Under the pieces are notes generated by a model. That model worked only from the letters and a program-made list of their open reading frames with translations, was not told the origin of the DNA and did not search any database. A program made the position numbers and the translations under genes. Below are positions 51,101 to 62,308 of a stretch of 64,000 nucleotides of DNA, in pieces (the first letter of the stretch is position 1; each line of letters starts with the position of its first letter). Source of the DNA: Marsupella aquatica (Eukaryota; Plantae; Marchantiophyta); contig OZ316892.1 in NCBI GenBank assembly GCA_973895155.1, forward strand, positions 24,127,971-24,191,970, written 5' to 3'.

Positions 51101-54100
51101 AGAATTTAAAGTATTTACTGTGGAGGAGAGGAGTATCTTGATTGATTCCGTGACGGTCTGGTTGAAGGGAATACTAGTTGACAGTATGTTTGCAGAGTGA
51201 GTGGAGATCTGAACTTCTTCTGGAGTGAAGAGAGTACAGACGAGGCTTGTCATGTGATCTAATTAGAAGATCTTGGTGTTCTTAGAACTATGTTGATGAA
51301 GAGAATGAGCTAAATGCTTACATTAGGGACATCATCGGCACTGGAGTCATATGCAATGCAATCAAACCGTTGGATTTTGGGTTGCTGTAGGTTTCCAGAT
51401 GACTTGTACGATCGTTTGTGGCTGTCTCCGGGCCCAGAGTTTCGGATATCCTCCATCAGCACGAGCGCCGCAAGTTTGGGCCCCGTCTCATCAATCATCT
51501 TTGACAACCCTCCTGTAAGAGTGCTGCAAAATGCTTGGTCAAGCCAGGACTTCTGGTTCAACACGCCTCTGCAGGAGACTACTACCCTATTCTACGCCAC
51601 TCTATATTTTCTGGAGATTGGCACTCCTAACTCAACTGACCGGAGATCTATAGATATTTCTCTCAACGATGCCATTTGGTTCAAAGGATACAATGTCACC
51701 AAGACTGCTGATGAAATTTTCTATGCTGAGGATCCAATCACCACCGGTCAAGCCAATTTCTCACTTGCTCGTGCTTCACAGTCGACTTTAGATCCACTTT
51801 TAAATGCAGCCGAGCTGCATGCAATTTATGACACTGTCACAACCACCACTGTGGCCACAGAAGGTAATTCCCTTGTCTCCTATCTATTAGTCGGTCTTGA
51901 CAATTTCTAAACCTCTTCGAAGCTTTGGTTCTGATAAATCTTCATGATACCTCCATTGGTTTGATTTAGTAGTCTGGTAATGTCTTCGTGCTGCGAGCGC
52001 TGATGCTGGTTTGGGGTTGTCTTTGTTTGTCACTCATTCAACTGGTTGTGATGAATTCATTTGACACTTGTCTGGGAGGATCGTCGAGGTATATTTGCCA
52101 TAGGTTTAGGCTCATGTCTTCAAGCCTTTAAAGAGTGGCTGTCGATTTTATTTTTCTCCTGGATGGCTGGCTCTGAGAAGTCAAGTTTATGACAAGTTAC
52201 ATAAAAACTTATGGTTGATTTATTGTAATTGTCAATTCCAGTTACTGCGCTTCTGGACGTGCAGCAAAATCTCAATCTGCTTGACTGGACTGGTGATCCA
52301 TGCTTGCCTGTTTCCTGGGATTGGCTCAGTTGCAGCGGCACCGAGCCTCCCAGCGTCACGCAACTGTAAGTGAATCCTCCCTGTCACCACTTTTCATAAC
52401 CATTAATCTTGTTGCAAGGACCCAAAAAGAGCGGGATTTTGTGGCCTATTTAGCTGAGCACCTAGATCATGACAGAGGAGAGAATGATTTCTCGAGCAGT
52501 TTTGCTATGGGAAGTTGGTCTACTTGTTACCTCCAATTACCAAACAATCATGCTCTTACCTTGAAGATGATTTTTATCCAGTGCTGACTTCTGATATGAT
52601 CTGTTCAGGAAATTATCTAGTTACGGACTAAACGGGACCATTCCAGCATCCATTGCAAACTTGATTTCCTTGACAGATCTGTAAGTAGTGACCTGTCGTT
52701 TTCTCATGCCTTTAGGCAGGGAGGGACCTAAAACTTTGATGGCTTTTCGGATTTGGTCGGGTCACAGGTTTTGAGTAGCCATTTAAACTCATTGCCTCTC
52801 GTGCATTTCACGTAATTACAGATCTATGAGTAGAGACCTAAAGATGAGTCTTCATGTTTAATCATGCTAATAGATAAATTGGTTGTGACTTAAGTATCTA
52901 TCTAATAACCCTCAAACGTGAAGATGGATTTGTAAATCTCTTTTTGACTACAGCAATCACGGTAGGCCTGCCACTTGCATTTGCGTGTGTCATGGAGAGT
53001 TGGGCGTTAAGTTTTAGCATTGTACATTGTGTCCAGGTGGCTGGACAACAACTTCATCTCGGGAATCATTCCAAATCTGTCTGGGCTGTCTCTTCTGAGA
53101 ACTCTGTATGTGCAAGTTCGACTTTTATCCGACCCTTCCCGTTTCGTTTACGTACATGTGAAGCTGATTCATTTCATTTCTGGAAGGCATTGGATCCAGT
53201 CTCTAATAGTCGCTGTTTCTCTTTTCTTTAACCCCTGCAGGCATCTTCAAAACAATTCTTTGACAGGTCCCATTCCAGTTTCACTTGCCGATATTCCCAA
53301 TCTTTCCGAGCTGTACGTAGCGCTCTTTGCTTCACCACTGCCATCCATGTTTCGTTTTGAATTTTTCAAGTCGTCTATCTTGAGGTCTTGAATTTTTTGT
53401 TTCTCTGCTCTTCTCTTTACAGCAATTTCACCCCTGAATTGTCGTTGCTGTCGCTTGCAGGTTCCTTGAAAACAACATGTTTAACAGCACTGTCCCAGCT
53501 GCCCTTCAAAACAAGAGTGGCTTGACTGTAGTGTAAGTGGTGTACAATTTTTCAAAGTCCGTGTCTAGTTTGGTGTGGTTAGGAATTGTTTTTGAACTAA
53601 GACAAGTTTTGATTCCTGCTCAGATAATTTGTATTTGACGAATGTATAACCACACTCGACTAATGATTCTTCGCATGCAGGGCGGATAGCTTTTCAAGCT
53701 CTTCATCTAGTAGCAAGAAGTCAAGCTCAATCGGAGCTGTGATCGGCGGGGTAGTAGGAGGTGTTGTTGTCTTGGTTGCCCTTATAATTCTCGCCGTCTA
53801 TTTGTGTATGAGGAGAAAGAAGGCGAAAGCCAAACCACAGCCAGAGATCACTGGAAGTGACACTGGTACGTAGTGGTTTACCCTCTGTTGCCACCTCTAC
53901 CTGGGATCTTACCTGGTTTATTCTTTGCATTTCAAAATCTTCTCTCTTTCAGCGGAAAAGAGTCCATAGGCTTCCCTCATGGATCTCTAAAACGATCTTT
54001 TTGCAATCAAGGCATGCCATTTATTATCACGCCGTCTTTCCTGCTAAATGTGTTAATTTTTTACTGAATTACTTCTGAGTCAATCGAATGGTATTGGGCG

Positions 54101-56428
54101 TTTGATGCAAAGGTCGGCCACACTGGATTTCGAAATCATTTCTGAAAAGCAAGCCACTCATGAAAAACTACTCCAATTCGTACAAGTGATATTTGTTTAT
54201 ATAAACAACCCTGTTTGCCCGTCCGGATTGCCGATCTCGTTCTTTATGCAAATGCCTTGCGTTGTGAATCTTAGGAGCATCAAAGGTTTCAGCTCACTTA
54301 GATCCTTCAAGTAAAGCTGTGGTAGGAGGATATGGCAGTCACCATGTGCAATCGACTCAAGGATTCTCCAAGGCAGAAGTGCTGATGGCCACTGACAATT
54401 TCAGCAAAAAGATCGGTGAAGGTGGATTCGGACCTGTTTACTATGGACGACTTGCAACTGGAGAAGAAGTAGCTGTTAAAGTGAACTCTGCTGAGTCCGG
54501 CCAAGGCTCAGTAGAATTTTCCACCGAGGTGTGTTCTTGTTGAATGGTGCACCAAAACTGTACCACGGTTTTGATTGCCCACCATACTGTATCATTCATG
54601 AGGACTTAATTGGACTTAATTGGACTTAATTGCCATTCATCCTCTCACCCATAATATTATTCATATTGTTTGCTGGCAGCTTGTAAACATGTGATTGAAA
54701 TGCTGGCCTCTATCGTGTGAAGAAGTAAAGTCAATTAGAAATTGCACTTTTGAGCTCTCAATCTATATATTGTTATGGACTCCGGTTGTGAAATTGAGCT
54801 GACCTGTTCACAAGAACATGTTAACAGTAAACTTCATTCCCAATTGGTCCTTCAGGTGAATCTTCTGTCTAGGGTACACCATCGAAATCTCGTCTCTCTA
54901 GTTGGCTATTGTGACGAGGACGATCAGCAAATTCTCATCTATCATTACATGCAGAATGGTACCCTACGGGAAAATCTGTATGGCAGAGGTATGTGTTCAG
55001 GTCTTCTTCGCGTGTCAGTAAGGTCTTTGGCTTTTTCAAGGTGGGATGTCGAAATCATTTTTCTTATTTGATGACTAAAGTGGGAATCGACGTGCAGGTC
55101 TGACCAAGACATTGGATTGGCGAACTCGACTTGATATTGCTGTGAATGCTGCTCGAGGTGTCCTTCTAACCCTGTCGAATGAAGATATCTCCCATTGCCA
55201 TTGGGCAATCATGGGTTAAGTTAACATTTTAGAGTAGTGCTATACCAAGGAACGGCGAAGTGGGAACCAACCTTGGGGCCCTCCCTTCCCCAGACGTAAA
55301 TTGGTCAGTACTAAGCTCAAGTCACGCACGACATCGTTCTAATCATTAATGATGGCTCTTTTGGCAGGGTTGGAATACTTACACTATGATTGTAGTCCAA
55401 AGATAATACATCGTGACGTGAAATCGAACAATATTTTATTAAGCGAGAAGCTTTTGGCCAAGGTTGCAGACTTCGGGATCTCAAAGCTAGCACCTGAGGA
55501 AGAGACCACCACAGGTGTTTCCACTGTTGTGCGGGGAACTACAGGCTATCTGGACCCTGAGTAAGATTTCTCTTCCTCTAAGGTTGATTTCAACCATGCT
55601 TTTGCTCGGTACGTCAGAAGATGGCCGTTCGACTTAACTTCGGACTGCTTCTGTAAACGTTTTGGAATATTTAGTGGTCAGTAAGGATTGTCTTCTCTCG
55701 TGGGGGAACGAAATTCTCGTATTGGGTTTGAATTTGTTTGTAATCCCCCTTACCTGCAGATACTTCTCCACAAACAAGCTTACTCAAAAGAGTGATGTCT
55801 ACGCCTTTGGAGTGGTTCTTTTGGAGATTATTGCCGGTCGTGCGCCCAACAACACCAGGCTGGACGATGCTCTCCAATGGAATTTGGTTGAATATGTAAG
55901 AGCTTGTCAAATCACACCACTACCGTTTATTGTTTTTGGGCTCCTGCCTTGATTGACATGTGGTCCATGCTCACTCTGCAAACAAGTCGAGCATTGACCC
56001 TCGTCTTACTCACATGCACGATGGTGGTACGTATATCTTTCCAGGCACGAGGGATGCTGCGGAATGGAAATTTGGAAGGTCTTGTGGACAAATCTCTTAG
56101 GGGATCTTACAATCCGGAAGCAATGTGGAAGCTTGCAGAGTTGGCCATGTTCTGTGTTGAGCCCCATTCAGTTAACAGACCAGACATGAGGCAAGTTGTG
56201 AGGGAATTAATGGAGGCAGTAGATCTCGAGCATCCGAAGGAATCTGCACCAACGACGGCCACATCTAATAACACGATGGGTTTCACTTCCATTCTCGAGG
56301 ATAATACTCAAACTTCTTATGCTTCCAATCCTTCCACCCAATCTTCCGTGCCAGTTGCCTCTCCTGGCTTTGACATGGATTCATCTTCGTTCACTGCGGA
56401 TATCTTGCAACAACCTCAGGCCAGGTAG
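48137..56428 (+). CDS. Malectin-like domain LRR receptor-like Ser/Thr kinase (LRR-I type), ~970 aa, 15 coding exons
   Basis: Exons 48137-48260, 50291-50852, 51391-51863, 52242-52365, 52609-52680, 53037-53105, 53241-53312, 53461-53532, 53681-53865, 54275-54528, 54856-54988, 55098-55157, 55368-55560, 55760-55895, 56045-56428 (2913 nt). Signal peptide then [38 protein letters not shown], 69-72-nt LRR exons, [49 protein letters not shown]. Later in-frame ATGs (e.g. 48188) could be the true start. Confidence 0.95.
49850..50250. repeat. Degenerate ~90-bp tandem repeat in RLK intron 1
   Basis: Recurrent ctgaaat(g/c)ct....ga(t/c)tgtggctcaacgtgg...atgtcctc...gcattgta at roughly 49879, 49968, 50063, 50141 and 50235. 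Confidence 0.7.
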
Positions 56429-56914
56429 CTGGATCTGCAGTAAGCAATCCTATCAAGTTATGCCTAAACTCAGTGTGCCAAGTACTCTTCTTCATTGGAT
56501 ATTGGGCTAGCTCGCAAGCTATCAACAAATACCAGCATAGCAGATAGGGACGAGTTGTAGACTCCATGTTCGATGTTCAAATTGACTGGATCAGTTATTC
56601 CATGGTAGCTTTGAAAATCAAAGGCGGATCGATAGTCCCACAGCAGCTGATACTTAGCATAAACGGTTTGTTGCTCACCCAAGCCCAATCACCAAATGTG
56701 GTGATTTGTAATTCTGATTCTAATTTATTCTGGCTGACGGAAGCTTTGTGTAATGCCGGTCATGGCTGTGGCCTTTACTTAGCCACAGGCTTGGTTGTAC
56801 CAAGCTCTCTTTCTGTTTCTAAGAGGGTAAATGGATGGGGAAAAGTATGGACTTGATGTCCAGTGCAGAATGGAGGAATTCAATTTTTGTCACTTACAAG
56901 TGACAGAGTACTAC

Positions 56915-57465
56915 ATTGATCAATGTACAAGCCACAAGTTGACAGAAGGGCTGAAAGCATAACAATGTCTTCAGTTTCCCGTTAAAGAAAGAATGCTCTC
57001 CAAGATACAAGCCACAAGTTGACAGAAGGGCTGAAAGCATAACAATGTCTTCAGTTTCCCGTTAAAGAAAGAATGCTCTCCAAGACTCAGTTGCATTGGA
57101 CTGATATATCTTGACTAATCTTGCTACAAAAACTAGCCTAGTCCAAGTCTGTCACCTCGTTTAATTTATCCCACTTGCCATCAGCAAGGATCCTTCTGTT
57201 ATTGAGCTAGTTGATCAATGTACAAGCCACAAGCTGTTATTGAGCTCATTGATCAATATACAAGCCACAAGTTGACAGAAGTGCTGAAAACCAAATATTC
57301 CTTCAGATATTTCTTAAAGAAACAATGCTATACAAAACTCAGTTCGAATGGATTGCCACATGTTGACAAAATGTGCCTACAAAACCTTTCCTAGTCCACG
57401 ATTGTGACCTCCTTTATGTACTCCCAGTTGCCATCAGTGAGGATCCTCCTGTGCTTGAGCTTCCA
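56915..57465. repeat. Nested tandem duplications downstream of the RLK
   Basis: Exact 80-bp duplicate tacaagccacaagttgacagaagg...gctctccaaga at 56926 and 57006. An older diverged copy of the larger block starts at ~57250. Confidence 0.9.
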
Positions 57466-59312
57466 GGACCCCAATGACATTGGTGGATTTCTGGGCATGA
57501 AGATTGAAGGGCTCCTCTGGCACAAGTTCAGTACTTCGCCTGCAGAGCACTTTACATTAGCTGGGCCTTCTCCATGATCAGATGCATCAAGTTGTGCACT
57601 CCTTAATCTAAATGGGTTGTGGATCAGCTAGAACACTAGATAAAGCATCATTAGCTCCACTATCACCCAACAACTACCATCTTCCCCCCAAGACAACAGT
57701 GGATTTGAATAGTGGGCTATGGGGTGCTCTATTCATGGGGCTTTGTGTTTGTTTGACCCTCTGTTTTGGATTTTTGCAGTTGTGATTTTGTGTCAAATTC
57801 TCATGTTGTGTTCAAAGTTTGGCATTGTGAGATGGATGTAGGGTGTAAGCAGGATTGATAATCACTTACCCTGCTCTTTGATTGTATGGTAGCATGTCTT
57901 ACTCCTATCTATAGTGACCTTGGGAAAGGCTGGAATCAAAGAGATTCAGTATCAACTTGGTCACCTGTAAGTGAACTACAAAGCAAGAAAGAATACCAGC
58001 ACCTTACTGTCAAATCAATGTGATTACTTAAGCCCTTCATAACTCAAATTTTGCTTACCCCATAGTTTTGTGTTAGGTAATTACAACAATTCTACCAAAA
58101 TCATCTCCAATCATGCTAATTTGCAAAAGCTACATTAGAATCAGATGCTCCATCTACGGATGTTGGACTGGCCAGGCTGACCCGCGCAGGGGCTGACCAG
58201 CACTAAACTGCAACTGAGATGGATGCAAGCAAGATTGCGCTGATACAAACTATGCATGTCTAGTCACATACATTTCAACTGGAGCTTTACTCTGAATGCA
58301 GCGCAATAGTGAGTTTAGATTGATAGGAGATTGAGAAGTCTTGCGTTCAAATGTTGAAACACTCTTCCCTTTCTCTGGGGTTTCACAGATTTTATTAAAT
58401 TTATTTTTCTACAAATGGCGTTGTGTTCAAGTTGTAACAACTTTTTCTTACTGGGACTAAAATAATTGCATTTTCAAACACAGCACCTAGACTATGTGTT
58501 TAAGGGCAGATGGCCCATTGGCTTTAGGATAGACATAGAATCTAGGCTTGGCACCTCACCCAGTTGATGCCCACCTGCTAGATTAATGCAACACTGCTAT
58601 ATAATGTGGGGCCTCTTAACCCCTTACTTTGCCATTCATTCTCACTTGTGTGGAGGGTTTTTTGCTAACTGGGTACCAATGCTCAAGGTTGCACCAAATT
58701 CAGTATCAAGGAAGGATCTAGGACTTGTTTGGAAGATTTTTCCAACATTGCTATGTGGTGCATCTCTGTTTCAGTCTTCCTAGTCCATTTTTATTTGGTG
58801 ATTATTTTAATTTTAATTTGGCCTATGAGGGTTGTCTTCTTTGTTATTCCATCAGTCAGATTTGAATTTGTCTGAGACCCCCTCTATGTTATTTGTTTTT
58901 TCAAAATCCTTTGTTTCCAATTTTGCTCTTGTCCTTTTTTCTTATATAATTTTGCCCTTGAAAATAATCTTGACATAAAATTAGTTTGAGGACCCCTTGG
59001 TTATGTAAGCTTGTTTTATTGAACTGTTTGAAACACTAAATAGTTGCACATTGGAATATATAGATGAGAAGACAAAAATTAAATGGAGGATTATAAATGA
59101 GGTGAATTTTAAAGGTAATTAGGACAATTTCATTGACTACAAATATGAGTACATTCATGGTAATACCAAGGGTAATTCCATGCCAAAAGTTTCCCTTAGT
59201 AACTATATGTCTATACAATACATATAACATTCCAAATAGTTCATGCAAAAGATTACTTTGTCCATAGTAGTTGAAAGGTCTTGAGAGTCCCTTGTTATTA
59301 CTCTACCCATAG

Positions 59313-59560
59313 TACTTATGGTGTTTTGTACCTTTGCTTGTTACTCTCCTATCTATAGTAGCCAAAGAATTGCTTAAGTTACCTTGGTAAATATTAGACA
59401 AGATACAAAGTATCTTGGGTTTATTACTTATGGTGTTTTGTACCTTTGCTTGTTACTCTCCTATCTATAGTAGCCAAAGAATTGCTTAAGTTACCTTGGT
59501 AAATATTAGACAAGATACAAAGTATCTTGGGTTTATTATGTTACCTTGGTAAATATTAGA
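59313..59560. repeat. Exact 112-bp tandem duplication
   Basis: tacttatggtgttttgtacc...aagtatcttgggtttat at 59313 and 59425, plus a partial third copy. Confidence 0.92.
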
Positions 59561-59967
59561 ACATTAAGTATATTTCAAAAGTTAGGGGCCCTCATGAATA
59601 TCTTTCATTAGAGGGGCCTCATCAAGTATTTTGCTGGTACTTATTGTAAAGTTTGTACTTTATATCTCGAGTCCCTTTATACCCGAAGTTGTGGTTTAAA
59701 ATGAATATGAAAGTGACAGGGACTAAATATTTTGTACATACTTTGTATATGTATTTTAAACAAGAGTACATTGAAAATTGATTATAAACAATATATTTGA
59801 TGGACTGACATAGATAAATGTACGGTCATGTTATAATTAAAAAATAGAAAAACTAATAGGTCCTTATATTTCAAAAGTTAGGGGCTCATAAGGAATATCT
59901 TTAGCTAGAGGGCCCAATCATGTAATTTTTTTCTATACTTGAATTCAGGTGATTACTTTAATAAATT

Positions 59968-60210
59968 CCAATAGGATATGACAAGATTATTTTAAGTTAA
60001 GATAGCAAAGTGTTAGAATTGTGTAAATATATTTGTAAATTTACGGGCTTAGAGTTTGAGACATATGAACATGGAATCATGATTCATCAGAAGTTTTGCT
60101 CTGAAAAGTTTTTAGAGAAATCTACTATGAACCAACTAGCTGATATTTTGGCACTTTTGTGCAAGCTGTCTCAATCAAAATTTGAGCAACATTGTACTTA
60201 AGGGTATCAT
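59968..60210 (+). pseudogene. Heavily deleted Ty1/copia RT-RNase H relic
   Basis: One frame reads PIGY...*DSKVLELCKYI (QPEGF...KVCKLKKSLY-like), GLEFETYEHGIMIHQKFCSEKFLEK (late RT) and STMNQLADIL...LSQSKFEQ (RNase H end). Confidence 0.65.
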
Positions 60211-60299
60211 AGATCTATCTCCATATCAGTAATTATGTTATCACTTGGGTTACAACGTGCAGAAAATTAAGGTTTAAAAAGACAAAAACAATAAAAAAA

Positions 60300-60635
60300 T
60301 TCGTTCTCATTTTGTTGTACATTGGTGGTAGTTGTTGACTCTCTTTGTGTCATGACATCTTTCACTCCACAAATGTTTTTTAAGCAATGAGATCTTTCTA
60401 ACAAAGATATCTATTGCACCATGATATTTTTTTCTACCACATCTTTAGCACAAACTCATCTATTATGTATTGATGTCTTTTGCCGAACAATATATTTCAA
60501 TAAACTACATCTTTTGTGCAGCAACATATTTTATTTAACGACATCTTTTGAGAACCACATATTTTACTTAATGATATCTTTTATTTAACAACACCTTAAC
60601 TACAAGGACATATTTACTCAACAACATCTTAATTT
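60300..60635. repeat. acatctttt-family degenerate array
   Basis: Begins with tctcattttgttgtac..tggtgg as at ~42347, followed by repeated acatcttt/gatatcttt units. Confidence 0.65.
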
Positions 60636-60832
60636 TGTGAAACACATGAGGATTGAGCTTCTTAAACATATTAAAATAAATGGATTCTCCAAGGGACGCT
60701 CAAGCTGAATCATAGCTCCCATCACTTCTCTTCATTTATTCAAAAAGAGTAACGGATTTAAAAAAATGGCGCTTATCATGAGGAAGACCTTCTCTACTTG
60801 TAGAAGTGTTTTGTCAGCGCCGGTTTCTTTAG

Positions 60833-60976
60833 TGGCCACAAATAGCGATAGTCCACCTCAATAAAGTTCTAGCCATTTTTGGCCAATATTCATTCCTATA
60901 GTTTTGGCCACAAATAGCTATATTCCATCTCAATAAAGTTCGAGCTATTTTTGGCCAAAATTCATTCCTATAGTTT
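60833..60976. repeat. 72-bp tandem duplication
   Basis: tggccacaaatagc.ata.tcca.ctcaataaagttc.agc.atttttggccaa.attcattcctatagttt at 60833 and 60905. Confidence 0.9.
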
Positions 60977-61389
60977 TTCTTGTCGTCCATTAGGCAGTTT
61001 CTCACCTAGGCCTCATTAAACAGAATCTGATGGCCATCCTTAAATCTAGTGACATCTGACGATCCGATTGTGAACGTTGAGAACTTGAAATAGAGCTTCG
61101 TCTTCACACAAGGTGACATAATTAAGAAAAAACGTCCGTGCACCAATTTTACTATTTTACGGACTCACTCTCTTTATGGAATATGGAGCGCCAGTTCAGA
61201 ACCGTGTGACGACGACTGCCGAATTAATTCTTCACTGAAATGAGGAGCCGCATCCCACTTTATCATTACTGCAAGTGTTGGCGGCTCGAGAGACAGAGAG
61301 ACTGACCCATTAAATTTGGCGGCTCGAGAACGTGGGCGCCATCACGATCTTGCTCCTTGATCTTCCCTCCCTTCGAGCTATGAATTATC

Positions 61390-61790
61390 GCTGATGTTGC
61401 AGTGCTGCGCTTCTCGCACAAGCGTCTCCTCGTCGTTTGACGGTTTTTGATCGACTTGGGTCTGTCTGCTCAGGAGCTTGCATTTTTCCCCGTGGCCTTC
61501 TGTTTTCGTTCTAAGGTAGAGTTTCAGTTTGCTGATGTTGCAATATGCTCTCCTTCTCGCACAGTCGCTTTACGATTTCTTGTTGAGTAGGATCTGCGCA
61601 TTCCTCCCCGTGGCCTTTTGTTTTCGTTGTATGGTAGATTTTTAATTTGTAGGTGCTGATGCTGGAACGCTCTCCTTCTTGATCAAGTCTCTCTCGTGGC
61701 TTTATATTTCTGATCGACCTGGGTTTGCTCAGGATTTCGCATTCCTCACCGTGGCCTTTTGTTTACGTTCTATGGTAGATTTTCAGTTTT
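61390..61790. repeat. Three diverged ~130-bp tandem units in the probable 5' leader of the zinc-finger gene
   Basis: gctgatg(t/c)tg...gcatt...ccgtggcctt.tgttt.cgtt.ta.ggtaga.ttt at ~61390, 61531 and 61655. Confidence 0.8.
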
Positions 61791-62308
61791 CAGTAACGGG
61801 TCTGCGAAGCTCATTTCGATGCCCTCGATCTTTCAATGAGTGCCGCACTCCCTCGACTGAGAACGAAGGTTTAGTGTATCAAGTATTGCGGGGTATGTTG
61901 TCAAATTGCCAAATTCTCTCGGAGCGAGCATGAGGATCTAATTTTTGTCGAATTGTACCACCGTATCGGGACCGAGCATGAGGGTTTCGGTTTAGTTTGT
62001 GCCGCATTCTCTCGACGGAGCATGACGTTTGTTCGTTTCAATAATTTCAATAGTTCTGTACCATATTTTGGGCGACGTGTGACAATGTAGTTGTTCGTTG
62101 ATCGTCTTGCAAGACCTGCTCAAGTAGCTTCCGTGGAGGATTGCCTCATAGTAAAGCTGGAGTATCTTCTTGGAGGTGTGATTTCCAACCGATGTTGATT
62201 GTCCGGGATTTGCTCTCTGTGCGCAGCGTTCCTGCTCAGTTGCTCGAGGCCGAGTATTTCACGGTAGATTACTGTCTCAATTAAGCTCGAGGGGAGGTCT
62301 CTTCAAGC

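Noticed and set aside
48137-56428. SYMRK/DMI2 orthologue
   Set aside because: Malectin-GDPC-LRR architecture is shared by the LRR-I group. The kinase reads [12 protein letters not shown] and [10 protein letters not shown] rather than the SYMRK-type HENLVPLLGYC and SLEVRGTAG; phylogeny would be needed to settle it.
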